From positions 4,092,001 to 4,156,000 of the forward strand of contig OZ218954.1 in the NCBI GenBank assembly GCA_965112735.1: a stretch of 64,000 bases of DNA, read 5' to 3'. This DNA is from Phaeosaccion multiseriatum. Taxonomy: Eukaryota > Protista > Ochrophyta, other classes. The position numbers and the translations under genes are program-made. Shown piece after piece: positions 46,801 to 61,500 of this stretch. The first letter of the stretch is position 1; the number at the start of each line of letters is the position of its first letter. The notes beneath the pieces were generated by a model. It had not been told where the DNA came from. It searched no databases and saw only the letters and a list, made by a program, of their open reading frames with translations.

Positions 46801-49800
46801 AAGTGAGTGAGACCAAGTTGACGGCGCAGGTCCTCGGCGATGTAAAGGACATCTCCAGCGCTCGGCAGATGATGCGGGTGTTGCTCAAGAGCCTTCTTGC
46901 GGCGCGGAGGAGCGACACCTCCACAAAGGGAAGGGTGCAGCAACTGGAGGGAGAGGTGGAGGTGGCGACACGTGCCCTACAGGAGAGTCATGCACGTATG
47001 TCAGCGGATCAGCGCAGCTACGAAGACCGGGTGATGCAAATGGGGAAGGACTTTGAGAGTAAGATAAGCGACATTCTTGCGACCTCGTCCTCCTCCTCCT
47101 CCTCGTTTGCATGGAGGGATGGGGGTGGAGCCGAGGGGAGTGGAGGAGGAGGGAGAGGGAGAAGACGCAGCAGTCCAGGAGGAGGGAAGGGCGACGCTAG
47201 CTCGAGCGCTTCTGCCCCCAAGAGGAGGAGCAGCAGCGGGAAGCTGACGAGGAAGGGATCTGGGTCAGGATTGTCGAGTTTGTCTTCCTCAGAGGAGGCA
47301 GCTTCAACCGGCGAGGGCAGTGAGGAGAGAGGAGAGGACACATCCAACGCACGCGGTACGTCAAGTGACGTCATGGAGGGAGGGAGGGAGGGCCCTCCAA
47401 CTTCTGACCACACCCTGTCTGGCCTCACCTCTTCGTCCCCACCCCCTCCCTCTCCCCTCCTACCCTCCCCCTCCCTCTCCCCTCCCACCCTCCCACTTCT
47501 GACCACACCCTGTCTGCCCTCCCCTCTTGCCCCCCCCTCCCTCTCCCCTCCCTTCCTCCCTACCCTTTAGAATCTGTGGCTCAGTACAAGCGTATCAGTG
47601 ACATACGCACAAATCAATTGAAAGACACCGTCCGCAGGCTGGAGGCCATTAATCAGAAAGTAAGTCAGTGACTCAGTCAGTAAGAACGTCACTAAGTTCA
47701 TCAGTGACGGGGGTCAGTAAGTCAATGAGGGGGGTTCCATCAGTCCGTAAGTGGGCCAGTCAGTCTTGTGTGTGTCACTTCAGTAAGTCAGTGGGACAGT
47801 AATTTAGTGAGGTGGATCAAAGTTCCTAAGTCGGATCGTTATGCCTTCACGAAGCCCTCTACTTACCCTCCTCTCTCTCTCTCGATGGATGGCACTGAAT
47901 GGCAGACCTTACAAGAGGCCAGCGACAAGGCGGATGAGGAGCGCGTCAAGATACGGCAGGTAAGAAACTGGAACGGGGACTGGAACTGAAACTGGAACTG
48001 AAACTGGAACTCTGGGACTAGACCTGGCTAGCCCTCTGTATCCGTCTTCTTCTCCCTCTCTTGTTCTCTCCCTCATCTCCCCTCTCCCTCTCTCAAAACC
48101 CCTCCCCCCCCCTCCTCCCTCCCTCCCTCCCCATATATATGCCTCTACGCTCCTTAGCTGCAAGAGGAGGCTGACTGGGCTAATTTCGAGCTCAAGTCGA
48201 TGCAGCAGAGATTTCGGCAGCTTCAGCGCAAGCACGACAAGGCCATGGCCACGCTCGACAGGCAGCGCCGATACGTACGTAGCACTCGGTAACCTGTACG
48301 CAACGCACTCACACACACGCACACACGCGCTCACACACAAACACACACACAAACACGCTCACACGCGCTCACACACGCACACGCGCACACGCAACCACTA
48401 CGTACGACTGATTCCTTATCCACCCCACAAGCTGCTCCATTGGAGTAGGCACAGAAGCATCAATTTAGTGGAAAGAACGAGTGTGTGGACCGGACCAATA
48501 GTGGTGACTTACAGAAATGAATGAATCACCACATTGCCCACCTGCCTGCCAGCCCTCCCTTGACCCACCCACCCACCCACCCACACCCCCCGTTCGTTCG
48601 TCATGGCACCTTCTTCGCTCGTTCATTGTCTCCCCCTTTTCATTTCTTCCTGCGTTGCAGGAGGAGAGGGCGAGGCTTCGTGCAGCGGCTTCCTCAAAGG
48701 CGACTGGGAGTGAGGAGGTGAGCTCCGACCCTTCTTCACGCCCACGGGCAGCGGGGGCAGCAGGAGGAGAGACAGGGGAGGAGAAGGGCGGTGGTGCCGA
48801 GGACAACGGTGTCAGGAATGGCGTTGGTGGGGTGGCCAAGGAGGGCGAGGAGGGCGAGGAGCAGAGCGACGACAGTATGGACGGGATGGTGACGTTCTCT
48901 CGCCTGAGCAAGGATCACATGAACTTGACCAGCAGGGTGGGGAGTGGGAAGTTGGCCATACAGGCGGACAAGGACAACCAACAGTTGGCGGCCACTCAGC
49001 AGCGGCGGCGACGGCGACGAGGGACTCGATCAAGATTTGGAAGCGCTGACTCTCAGGGCGCTACCTACGGTGGTGCGCGGGACGGGTCACAGGGGGGCGA
49101 CGACGATGAAGCGGATGAGGATTACATAGATAGTGGGGATGAGGACGAGGAGGAAGAGCAAGATGACAGTGATGATGACAGTGAGTATGATCCTTTTGAC
49201 GACGTTGCGGCGGACCTTCAAACCATTGAGAAGGGCATCATGCCGGCATCACTTGCCATGGTGATGGAAGTGAATGACCAACACGTGCAGCAGGTGCAGG
49301 ACATGCAGGACAGCATGCGACGAGAGGGGCGAGAAGGAGGGGGAGGAGAACGAGGGGAGGGAAGGGGGGGGGGGGGGGGGAGGCAGGACCACCACGACGG
49401 CCCCGGGGCGGCCGACCCAGGGGGACTAGAGGCGGCTGGTGGTGGTAGTGGCTTGGGCGGCGGTGGTGGTGGTGGTGGTGGTGGTGGTATGGCCAACAAC
49501 CGCAGGAGCCGGCGGAATGTGTTCGAGCGGCTTGTGGCGACGACCACAGAGAGCAGCAAGAACAAGATCACTCAGCCGCTGCTCACGAGGAAGGGGCGGG
49601 CAGCAGCGGTGGCGGCAGCGGCAGCGACGGCAGGAGGAGGAGGGGGCAAAGGGGGCTCGGATGGCCCCAACTCTTGTTCCATCTCTCCACATCGTGAGTG
49701 TGTGTGTGTGTGTGTGCGTGCGAGTTGGGGGGGGGGGGTATTGGGGTGGGTCCGTATGTGTGTGTGTGCGTTGTTCTCTCGTGGTCTTGGGCCAGGGAAG

Positions 49801-51101
49801 CATCACCAGGCTGCTTTCATTGGGCACCCCATCTGAGACTCGTTGGGCATCTCAGTAGGAATCACAGACTGCCAGGCATGCGTGGCTCTTGCTGCTGCTG
49901 TACCACCAACTGGTCCTGCAGCGCCTCGTGCCCTTTCCTCTCGCCCCCTCCCCCTCCAGTCACGCCTGTCGCGTCGCATCCCTCACGCCTTTTACTGCCA
50001 TCTGAATCCCCATCCATTCCCATCCCCGCCCCTCTCTACGACGATGGCACTCTACGCAGCTCGCTTCGGAGACGCATGGGGGGAGGGTTCTACTGAAGAC
50101 GGGGGCGGGGGAAGGGGTGCCGACGGCCGTAACTCTCCCATAAACTTCGTCATGTCTGCGGACGGAAACGCAAACTCCAACAACCCAAACTCAAGTTCAA
50201 ACTCCGCTGCGGATCTCAACAGCACGGGAGGGAGCATGAACAGCAATGAGGGGAAGGGCGGAGGCGCTGGCTCTTTCACACTGCCGATACCGTTTTTGAA
50301 GGCGCGTGGGGAGTACAAGAATGAGGAAATCTTCTCCCGTCTGACCAACCCACACCACTACCCCGCCGCTTCTAAGCCCAAGTTCGCCGGCCTGGGCGGC
50401 GGCGGCGGAGGAGGAGGAGGAGGAGGAGGAGGGGGAGGAGGAGGAGGAGCCGGGGCCTCAGGGCAGCACGGCCATAGTCACAGTTACACCGGTCAAGTGG
50501 TGCAGCCCCTGAACGCCTCTTCCTCCTCCTCCGGGCCTCCTTCGTCCGCTTCTTCTCAATCACTCACGCCGCCCCCGCCCCCCAACAGCTTGGGCGGGGG
50601 ATCCTCTCGGATGGGGGGAGGGGCGTCGTCTTTCCCTCCGGCCCCTCCTCCTCCTCCCTCGGCTCCCGAGGCGGGGAGCTCATCCTCCGGGCAGCTCAAG
50701 AAAAGCCGCTCGGACCGACTCAGCGCGGGGACGACGGAGGTGAGGGAGCGAGTACCTGGTGTGTGTGTACGTGTGTGCGTGTGTGTGTGCGTGTGTGTGT
50801 ATGTGTGTGTGTGCTATTTGTGTGTATTACATCCATCCACTCAACTCCTTTATGTGCCGGCTGCTGCGGCCCTTGACCCATGCAATACCCCCCCCTGCTG
50901 TATCACCAACTGGTGCCCTTGACTCATGCAATACCCTCTTCCTGCTGTATCACCAACTGCTGTTGCTCTTGCTGCTGCTGCGCTTGACCCACGCATTGCC
51001 GCTGCTGCCCCTGACGGCAGGCCGAGAGGAAACGGGCTGGCAAAGTGGTACCGGCACCACAACGGGACAGAAATGGGGAGCAAAAGCAGCAGCAACAATA
51101 G
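38913..51101 (+). CDS. KIF4: Kinesin-4 family (KIF4/KIF21-like chromokinesin), multi-exon
   Basis: Motor motifs across exons: [38 protein letters not shown] (P-loop, ~39460-39530), [10 protein letters not shown]|[93 protein letters not shown]. Long coiled-coil exons follow ([19 protein letters not shown], typical of kinesin-4). The 3' end (last exon 51021-51101) is tentative. Confidence 0.9.
40705..40871. repeat. (GAG)n microsatellite in a kinesin intron
   Basis: Seen directly. The motor sequence splices across it (VVVVGATE|VSVTCEEEV). Confidence 0.85.
43779..43838. repeat. (GAT)n microsatellite in a kinesin intron
   Basis: Seen directly, immediately after a GTGAG donor. Confidence 0.9.
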
Positions 51102-52475
51102 CAGCTAGCTCGCGCACCAGCAATAGTAGCAGCTAGCTGATGCATCAGGAAGAGTCGCAGTTGGCTAGCTAGCGTACCGCCTCGGAAACAGCAGTCAAGC
51201 AACAGCAGTCAAGCCACCGTTACAGCCGCGTGTGGAGGAGGGTGGTGAAAGAAGGCGGCCAGACGACCCCCCTTGTCAGTTTTGGTTCTGCAGCCATGCA
51301 TTGAGCAAGAGGACACGAGTGTTTTGCTTATTACTTTGCCTTGGCTGCCAAGGCCTTCGCCTCGCCTCCTCGCCTCCTCGCCTTCATTGATCGATCGGGC
51401 CCATAATGAGATTGGAACTGGTGGTGCGGAGATTTTCGGCAGACTTTGACCAAAAGTCAATGATGGCATCTTCCACCCTCTCCGTTGTATTTAGTGTTCA
51501 ATCCGTCCCTCCCACTCATGAGAGGATGGCAGTTACAGCTGGGTCAGTCCACACAGGCCCGATACGTCCATGCCGATATCCAAAAGAGGGGCCAAGTTGG
51601 TTGTTCGAGCACTAGCTAGGTTGGCACTTACTTATCCGAAGGGAGGGAGGCTCAGTTGAGCAGTTGAGGGTAGGCGTGTGCGCAACGGCGCAGAGAGTGG
51701 GCGCGCAAGACGGGCGAGGGAAACGCCGCCAAACTCACCGCAGGTGTTGAGTGAGAAGAGGGGGGCGGAGGAGAAGCGAGTCGAGAAGGGCCGGCGGAGA
51801 GGCGGGTGGTAAAGGTATATAGGCCAGTGGTCTCAGTGGTCTCAGTGGTCTGGCGGAGTGAGGCAGGGGCGGTAGACAGAGAGCTTGCTTTTTGAACGCA
51901 AAACTTCCCCCGGGGCGAAGCCCAGACTTAAAATGTGAGGAGCTCTCTGGGGGATTTGCTTCCGTGGTTTCTCAAGCTAGAAAGTGGAGAGAGGCAAAGG
52001 CCGCTCTCTGATACCGACCCGGAAGGACTCAGTGAAACACGACAGTGCTGACGCCATCCAAGAGAGTCAAGCTGATTCCTCCTGATGCCGTCCAAGAGAG
52101 GAAGGAAAGGCCTCGTTCCCAACACACACGCAATGCAATCTAGGTCTAGATCTAGTTCAATTATCGGGCGACCCTTCACAGAAGCATCCTCGACCTCCTG
52201 CCCCTGCTGTCCGAAGGCGGCACGACTCATTCAGACGGTCAGGCGGCTGTTGCTGCTGCTCCTGCCGCTCCTGCTGCTCTGATCAAACATGTCAACGAAT
52301 GGCCCAGGTGCCCTTGCCCTTCCATCCCTGCCCCTGCCAATACCGCCGCTGCCCATATGCCAGTGCCCCATGCAAGCAGTCAAACTCAAACTCAAACTGT
52401 GGCCCCTCCTGCTGAGCGTTCAAGCCTGTCCAAGCCTGTTTGTATCACCGACTGCTGCTGATCCCTCGCTCCTCC

Positions 52476-53157
52476 TCAAACGTGTTGCTCCTCCTGCTCA
52501 TCGTGCTCAAAAAAGGCAATCGCCTCGTCCCAAAGCGCCGTAGGGAAGCGTTGCGAAAGCCTCTCCCATCGAGACACAGGCACAGGCATCGCCCCCACCC
52601 TACTTCCGTTTCTACCGTTACTCCCCCCCTCTTGTCCGACGGCGGCGGCGACAGAGCCCCCCTGGGCAGCAGTAGCAGCAGCAGTTGGTGATACAGCAGC
52701 CTCCCTGGCCCGTCTCCAGTCCTCCCTACCTCTTCGGAGGAAGTCGCTCAGAAGCTCTACAGAGAGTTCTCGATCGGCCACAGCTGTGTTGGAAGCATTG
52801 TGGAGGCATATGGATAGGAGAGTGGGGAGGAGCTGCTCGCGGTGGCGGTCGTCGGAGAAAAAGCTGGGATGGCAGTGGATGGCAGGGGGGGTGGAGAGGG
52901 GGGAGAGAGAGACCATAATAAGAAAGAGGGATTGAGTCACAAAGAGAGAGAAGAGAGAACAGGCAGAGCAACGCATGACGGGTTCACAGCTACAATTCGC
53001 GCAGAAGAAGGAGGGAGGGGAGGGGAGGGAGGGGGGCGAAAGAATGGATGATGGCCTTGGGAAGAGAAAGTCAATCCCATCCATCCACTGCCATCTCTCC
53101 CCCCCCCAGGTGTTGAGGTGCGTGGTGTATACGCATCCCATAGACAGACAGACAGAC

Positions 53158-53230
<73 letters not shown>

Positions 53231-53307
53231 CACAGACACACAGACAGGCAGACACACACACAGACAGACAGGCAGACACACACACAGACAGACAGACAGA
53301 CACACAC

Positions 53308-53358
<51 letters not shown>

Positions 53359-56300
53359 CCTTCCGCCCGTAAGAGGGCAATGAATATTAGTACACACAAG
53401 ACCGCCTGCTCATTCCCTCACTCGTCCACTCACTAAGTGACACATTCCCTCACTCCTTCACTCCCTAAATGACGAACTCACCGAAACGGCAGATTGCAGA
53501 GGCGCACGAGGAGAGTGGGTGTCGGACCCCAAGTTAACATGTCCTGATTGCGGCGGTTCCCTAGGGCAAAGTAGCCCAGAAGCGAGAGGAGCTCCCCCTC
53601 CCTCCACCCCACCTCGTATCCCGGACCTAGAGCTGCGGACAGAGCCGCGCCAGTTGGTGGTACGACCGACTTCGATGTCGACGCCGCCATGGCGCTGGTC
53701 TTGTTGCCTGAGCTGCTGGCACTGCTGCCCTTGCCCTTGCCCTCCTTACCTCCTCCTCGAAGCAGCGCCTTGTCCACCGTCGAGCAAGGAGCGGCCGCAG
53801 CAGCGGAGGATGATAGTGTACCACCAACTGCTGTACCAGCGGCGGCCGTCACAGCAGCTCCTGCTCCTACTGCATCGCCTGCCCAGCCCCCCCCCGCAGT
53901 AGCTGCAGGCGTATGGGCAGCAGCTGGACCGCCAGTACCGGCGTTGCTACTGCGCGGGTGCTCTAGACTCACGGACGCCTCTCCGCTCATGACGGCAAAC
54001 ACAGTCGAATAGACCCGCTCGAACGCAGGCCTGGCGACGGCGTCACCCCCCAACACCTCCTGCACGTGGCGGAGACCCAACCGCGACAGGTGCAGCAGAG
54101 CCGCTACAGCAAGGTACGACAGCTTCAGCACCATGTGCGGCACCACCACGTTCATCATCGTCACGGATGGCGACCACCCTGTAGAAGCCTCTGCCAGGGT
54201 GGTGCGACGATCCTCCTCCTCCTCCTCCTCCTCTCCTTCATCCTGCTCTTGCTCCTGCTGCTGCTTCCTGCCGCCCTTGCCCTTGCTCTTGCTCTTCTTC
54301 TTGTGGCTTGGCTTGCTGGTCTTGCTCGCTCCATCACCACCGCCACCACCTCCCCCTCCTACGGGATCTGCCCCTGCCCCTGTACCACCAACGGCTGTAG
54401 CAGTCCCATCGCCGCACTCTGATACGATGAGAGCCGCCACAAAGGAGAGAGGCCCAATCAGCAGGACAGAGCCTTCCTCTCTCATGCAGTCCCCCATCAC
54501 GTCCGTACAGCGCTGCCCCAGGCGGCCGCTCGAGAGCTCCGAGACCTCACTGACGTGCCATGACGAGGAGGAGGGGATGGCAGTGGATGGGGAGGGGCTG
54601 GCATCGCTGCTGCTAGCACTAGTAGTAGTAGTAGCCGTGGCAGTGGCAGTAGCATTAGCACCAACTGCTGCACCATCACCAACTGCCCCACCACTGCGAA
54701 AGGGAAAGCTGGTGGCGGCCTCAAAGAGCGAAAGCACCCCCTCCAGCAGGCGCAGCATCCGAGACTGATGTGCCACGATGCTCACCGACGGTTTCAGGAT
54801 TTCCAGAAGGCGACACAGCAGCACCAGTGTGCGCTTGCCAACGAAATACCGCACAAAGTCGTCTTGCACGAGCCCCAACGCCTCTGTTGTTGTTGCTGTT
54901 GTTGAGGCCGTTCTTAGACAAGTTGGGGCTCCAGCGGCCGCCACCTGTGAGTACCCTGCGACGCCTGCTCCTCGCTGCTGCTGGTCCTCGTCATCGTCTT
55001 TCTCTGCCATCTTTTCACCCCCACCCGCGCCACCACAGACAACCAAACTGGCATCCGAACTGGCGCTCCCACTCTCTGTCTTGTCTGCCTCTGCCTCTGT
55101 CTCTGCCCCTCCATTGCCATCCCCACCCCCATATACCCCGTGCAGAGAAGGAGAGAGATGGTCCTCCTCCTCCCCTCCCTCCTCCTCCTCCTCCTCCGGC
55201 CCAGGCACGTGCAAGAGCAGCAGCGAGCACACCGCAATGCCGTGCTCGATCGTCGCCAAATGGGGACTCTCCAGTAGGACCAAGGCGATCCCGTCCGCCT
55301 CCTCTCCTCCCCTGGAGTCCTGGCACTCACAAATGGCGCTGCCCACCGCCACACAGAGCTGGTCCACAGTGTCAGCTAAGGCGTGAGGGTGACTCAGCAT
55401 GAGCAATGAGCGGTTTTGGCGGGAAAGGAGCGCTGCTTGCATGCCCTGCAGAATGGCGGACACGTCTGTGGGACTCTGCGTCCCGCCAACTGATGGTGTA
55501 CAACCAACTGCCGCAGGAGCTGGACTCCCACCACCTCCACTCGGCGTCGTCATTTGTCGAAGCAGGCTGCGCGTGTGTGTGTGTGCGTGTGTGTGTGTGT
55601 GCGTGTGTGCGTGTGTGTGAGTGTGTGTGTGTGTGTGTGCGCCAAATGTCAAAGTCACCGTCACAGTCAGTGGGAGAGAATGGGGTTGGTTGGTTGGTTG
55701 GGTGGTTGGGCGGGTGGTTAGGTGGTTGGTTCCCCATCGCATGAGGGAGGGAGGGGCGTTGGGAAGGGGGGAGGGGCAGGAGGGAAGGGGGCGGTTTCTG
55801 GTATCCACTACCTCTCTGAAAGTGAACTGAAACTGGCATTCCTCCTCGTCCCTCCTTCGTACCTGCACATGGCCGTGAGTAGGCCTGAGGAGCGCAGGAG
55901 CTGTCTGCCATGGTCAGCTTGTTTCCGAGTCGCGGCGCTCATCGCGTACCCAGAAGGGTACCCCCCCCCTCCTCCTCCTCCTCCTCCTTCCCCCCCTCCG
56001 CCGCTGCTATAGTCTATAGTGCGAATAGCGTCGCGAATGATCGCTTCCACTGGGCGGGGCGGGGGCGAGGGAGGGGGGACGGGGTCGCTAACTGCGCCAG
56101 CAGCAGCAGCAGCAGCAGCAGCTGACGATGATGATACAGCAGTTGGTGATACAGCGCCGCTCGAGGCCAGACCTGGAGCACCATAACTCTGCTGTTGCTG
56201 GTGGTCCTGCTGCTGACTTGCCTTCTCCTTCTTTCGCCTCTTCCTCTTCTTGGGACCTGCTCCCGCGCCCGAACTAGCAGCAGCCCCCTTCTCCTGTTCC

Positions 56301-57658
56301 CCTGTCACGCCTCCCCCCTCCCCCTCCTCCTGCTGCTGTTGTATCACCAACTGCTGCTGGTGCGGGCCGCTCAAGTGGCGAGCCAGCTCCTCCGCCAGCC
56401 TCGAAAGCCTATCACCCGTAGGTGTTGTTGGTGCTTCGCTCTTGCCGCCTCCGCTGTCGCCAACCCTTTCGCCAGCGCCGCTGCTGTTTATGCTGCTGAT
56501 CTTGCTGCTGCTGCTGGTGGTGGTGCTCGCCCTTGTCCCTGCCCCTGCCCCTGTCCCATGCAATAAGGAGGAGGAGAGGTCCGACGACGGCGAGGCGTCT
56601 GTATCACCAACTGCCGCAGCAGCAACCTCCTCCATGCGCGCTCTAAGCCTCTTGAGCTTCTTCTTGACGGCCTTGCTCAGCGCAGGCACCCCACTCCCTC
56701 CTCCTCCTCCTCCTCCTCCTCCTCCTCCTCCTCCTCCTCCTCCTACCCCTCCCCCTCCTCCTCCCCCTCCTCCTCCTGCTCGGCTAGTAGGAAACCCTCC
56801 TCCCTGTGACCGAGGCTCCTCGTCCTTTGCCGTTACATGTCGAAGGATATCATCAAGCTCCTCCATGCGTATCGAACGCACCTCCGCCGCTGCCTTCGCC
56901 TTGTTCCTTTTCTTGCCTTTTCCAACCCCCCCTCCTCTTCCCCCCACCCCTCCTCCGCCTCCTCCTCCTTCTCTGGAGGCAGTCCCCAAGCCCGACTGAC
57001 GCTCTCCGTGGTCCAAGCCGTTCTCGTCATGCTGCTGCTGAATCACCAACTGCTGCTGGTTAGCACCTAATGTGGGCCGCCCGGCCACGCCGACCCCAGG
57101 GCGCAGAAGGAGTGACGTCATGTCGGCCCCGGGGGGGAAGACGGCAGAGCCACCTTTGCTCTTCTCATCGGCCATTGATAGTAGCGGCAGAGCACCACCA
57201 CCAGCAGTTGGTGATACAGCAGCAGCAGCAGACGAGGGGGAGGAGAGGCCTTCCCCTTTCTGATTCTCCTTCCCGCTGCTGTTGTGTGTTGTGCTGTTGT
57301 TGCTGTTGTTGTTATTGCTGCTGCTGCTGCTGCTGCTGCCACTCCCTCCGGTGGCCCTTTTGATGGCCTCTAGCCTCTTCTCCCTCCTCTCCTGCACCTT
57401 CTCCAGCCGACCGTTGAGGCGGTCCCAGCGAGCAGCGGCCACCTGCTCAACAGTTTCAACGCAGCAGCAAAGGGCCAGCCTTAATTTCGAGGGCATTGCA
57501 ATTTTTTGTACTCACACTTGCTTCTTATGCGTGAACCCACCCACCCCACCTCCCCTCCCCCACCCTCCATAACCACTCCACCTGCCCACCCCCCTTCTCT
57601 TCCTCACCACCATCACCACGTCCTCCTCCTCCTCCTCCTCCTCCTCCTCCTCCTCCTC

Positions 57659-57691
<33 letters not shown>

Positions 57692-58499
57692 TCCTCCTCA
57701 CCTGCTCCAAGGCGAGACGCTTCTCGCTCATCTGCTGTGCCCTCTCCTTGCGCCTCTGCTTCTGCCTGGTGCTGATGCCCGACAGCAGCTCCTTCCTCCT
57801 CTGCCTGCCCCCCGCAATCTTGCCCTCGACCTCTGCTAGTTGCATGGTCAAGGTTATCTTAAAGTCCTCCACCGTCACCTAAGGGTTATGTAAGGGTTAT
57901 GAAGTTATCAACAAGGCAGAACTTGTAAGTTTATTTCATTTTGTCAGTATGTCAGCAGGTCAGTCAGTCAGTCCGTCAGTCAGTCAGCCAGACAGACGTT
58001 GTCAGACAGTCAGAGTGGATCATCTTGAAGTCCCCCACGGTCGCCGACTGTTAAGCCATCGTCAGTTGTTACGCCAAGCTAGTAAACTAAGTGAACAAGG
58101 CCATGACCACACACACCAGGCAAGTGTACAATAGCGCGCTCCATCCATTCCTATCTCACTCCCTCGTCCATTGCCATCCCGCACCCACCCACTCACGCAC
58201 CCACGCGCCCACCCACGCCCACCCATACACCTCTTACCCTGCCCATATGCCTCTCACCTTGTTGATGAACAGCACCTCGTCGACTTTGCTGTTGGCGTCG
58301 TTCGCCCTCTGCACCACCTGTTCGTGTAAGCAAAAAAGTAAGTCAATGAAAGATGTAGGTTGTGGGTAGCATGGAGATACGATACATTGATAACAGTTGT
58401 AGACACACATCTCTGTATCAACAGGCGCGCTAACTGAACTGACTAGGATACGGGTCACAATTGGCACACACACCCGTGCCACCAACAAGCACACCAACA

Positions 58500-58546
<47 letters not shown>

Positions 58547-61500
58547 TCCGTCGATGGGCATCCCTCCGATCCTCCGCCCTCCTCAGCCGCTCTGCAATCG
58601 CCCTCTCTGCTCTGTCTCTCTTCTCCGCCTTACGCAGGCTAACGCCGTGGGCGTGCGCGTGGTGCTGGCGAAGTTTGAGTTTGAGGTCGTCCTCCAGCTG
58701 CCTTCGGTTGGTTTCCGCCGCCTCGTGTCGCTTCTCGTAAAGCAACTTAGCCTCTGCAGGGGGGGGGCGTTTCTTATGCGGAGAGAGCAGCAAAAGTTTC
58801 TTGTGTCGCTGGCGCTTTGCCAATACTCCTCCTCCCCCTCCTCCGCCTCCTCCTCCACTAGAACTTCGTGCCCCTGCCCCTCCTCCTCGCCCTTGCCTGC
58901 TCCCACCGCCACCGTACTGTCGCTGCTGCTGATGCTGCTGATGTTGTTGATGCTGCTGCTCGTCGTCGACACCAAAGGCCGGGGAGGCGAGGCTCCCATA
59001 CGACCCACTGAACGACCCGTACGAGCTGAAACTCACACTGGCTTCTCCTCCTGAGTCCTCCCCCACCCCCACACCATAGGACTGCCCCCCGCCCCGACTC
59101 CCACACCCACTCCCACTGCCACTTCCACTACCATCAAAAGTGGCGCTGCCGCCGCTGCCCGGACTTGGACCTTGGCCACTGAATGGGGGAGTGGGAGGCA
59201 CCCCAACCACCCTCGCTTCAGTCGCTTGGGCTCCTTGGGCTCCTTGGGCTCCTTGGGCTCCTTGGGCATCTTGGGCATCTTGGGTCTCCTGGTACGGGTC
59301 GAATGGTATGGTGCGCCGCTGCTGCTGTTTGGTCCCTTTAGTAGCTTCAGCTTGGACTGGGTAGGGGTCGAAGGGAATGAAGCCCTGTCGCTGTCTACTC
59401 GGCTGCGGCTGCTGTCCTTCTCCCCCCCCCTCCCCACAAGCCGCCGCTCGTTGGACCCGCTCCTCACCTTGCCCAGTCCCTCTCTGCTGCTGTGGCTGCC
59501 TCTGCCTCTGCCTCTGATACCTCTGTCGCCTCTCCCTCTCCTGCTGCTCCTGCTGCTCCTGCTGTATCACCAACTGCTGCTGCTGCTGTGAGGCTTCTCC
59601 TCCCTCCCTTTTACCCGCAGAGGGCTCTCGTCTCCGCCCTCCTCCTCCTCCCCCTCCCCCTTTTCCCACCACTGCCACCGCTGGTCCAGACAAAGGCGCG
59701 GGTATATCGATCTCAAGCAGGGCCGCATCCTCTTCCTTCATCACAGCTCTTGCGCGACCATCTCCCGCCTCCTCCTCCTCCTCCTCCTCCTCCTCCTCCT
59801 CCTCCTCCTCCTCATCTCCAAAATTGCTCCTCCTTTCCTCTCCTCCCTCCTCCTCCTCCTCCTCCTCCTCCTCTTCCTCTTCTTCTTGCCCCACCGTGGG
59901 AGTCATCATACCGCTGCGCTCCTCCTCTTCCTCGTCCATCTCCGCCCAAGCCTCCTCCTCCTCATCAGCCAGAGCCTCTGCTTCCTCCTCCGCCTCCACC
60001 CATGCCTCTGCATCTGCCCAAATCTTCTCCGTTGCCTGTGCGAGCTCTTCGCTTTCGTCAAAATCCGAAGACATTACACTCGACTGAGCAAACACTCCTC
60101 CCCCTCCTCCCCCCCCTCCTCCTCCTCCTCCACCACCACCTCCTCCTCCTCCTCCTCCTCCTCCTCCTCCTCCTCCTCCTTCCTCTTCTTCCTCTACACC
60201 TCCTCCTCCTTCTTCAGCATCATGATCATCATCGACGAAAGGCGGACCTTCTTCTCCTCCACCACCTCCTCCTCCTCTGCTGCCACCGTCGTCATTACCA
60301 CCAACAGAATTTGTTTCTAAAGCCCCATCGCGTGCTGCTTCAGCAGAAGCAGGCCTCGCTTCCAGCTCCTCCTCCTCCTCCTCCTCCTCCTCCTTCCTCC
60401 CCGCGTCGTCGCCTCGGAAAGCTCCGTTCACTCCACCTCGAGGGGCAGCAGTTGGTGATACAGCAATTGGTGATATAGGATCGTATCCGCACTCCTTCCT
60501 CTCTAGGTACCCTCCGTCCTCATCGCAGTCACTGCCATCGACACCACCGCCGCCGCCACCAGCACCACTACTCCTCCTGCTCCTCCCACCCTTGCTACCT
60601 TTGCCAGCAGCAGCAGCAGAAGCAGCAGCAGTAGCAGCAGAAGCAGAAGCAGAAGCTTTGGAAGGAGCTTTGTTCCTCCCCTTCTTCTTGCTCGCACCCT
60701 TCACAGGCGCAACTTTGGGTGCCCCTCTGGGTGCCATCTTGCCAAAGTTGGGTATCGTGCCCCCACTTCGCGCTGTATCACCAACTGTTGATGCCACTGC
60801 CACTGTTGCTACTGCTGGCGGTACCGTTGACGTCATCTCCGGGACAATGGCAGGACGCTTCGCCCACGCGCTATCAACTTTCTCCTTTGCTACCACTCCT
60901 CCCCCTTCCCCTCCTCCTGCTGTTCCTCCTGCTGTTCCTCCTTCTCCCTTACCTCCTCCCCCTCCCTTACCTCCTCCTCCTCCTCCTCCTCCTCCTCCTC
61001 CTCCTCCTCCTCTTCCTCCTCGTCCTCTTCCCCCTTTTCCTCCTCTTCCTCCTCTTCCTCCTCCCCCACTTCCCCCTCCTCTAGACATGCCCCCAAGTCT
61101 GGTCTTGACTTCCCCCGTTGTCGCATCATCCTCCTCAGTCTTCAATGGCTTACTGCTGCTGTGGCTATGACTTTCGCCACCGTCTTCCAGTTGCGGCGGC
61201 ATTGCAGCGCCTTCCTCTCCTCTCTCTCCCCTCTCTCTCTCCCCTCTTTCATCCTCCTCCTCCTCCTCCTCCTCCTCCATCCCTCCCCTTTCTCCCCTCT
61301 CCCTCTTGGCATCTACTTCCATCCGCTCAATTGCGTTTATAATGACGATACTCGGCTCCTCCGCACTGTAGTGATGCGTGCTCTTACGCACGTCCCAGCT
61401 CAGCCCCTTCGGCACTACCGCAGCGGCAGAGGGGATGGCAGTGGACGCCACAGGAGGGATAGCTGTGGACGCCCCCGGCGACTCCGGGCTCCCCATCTCT

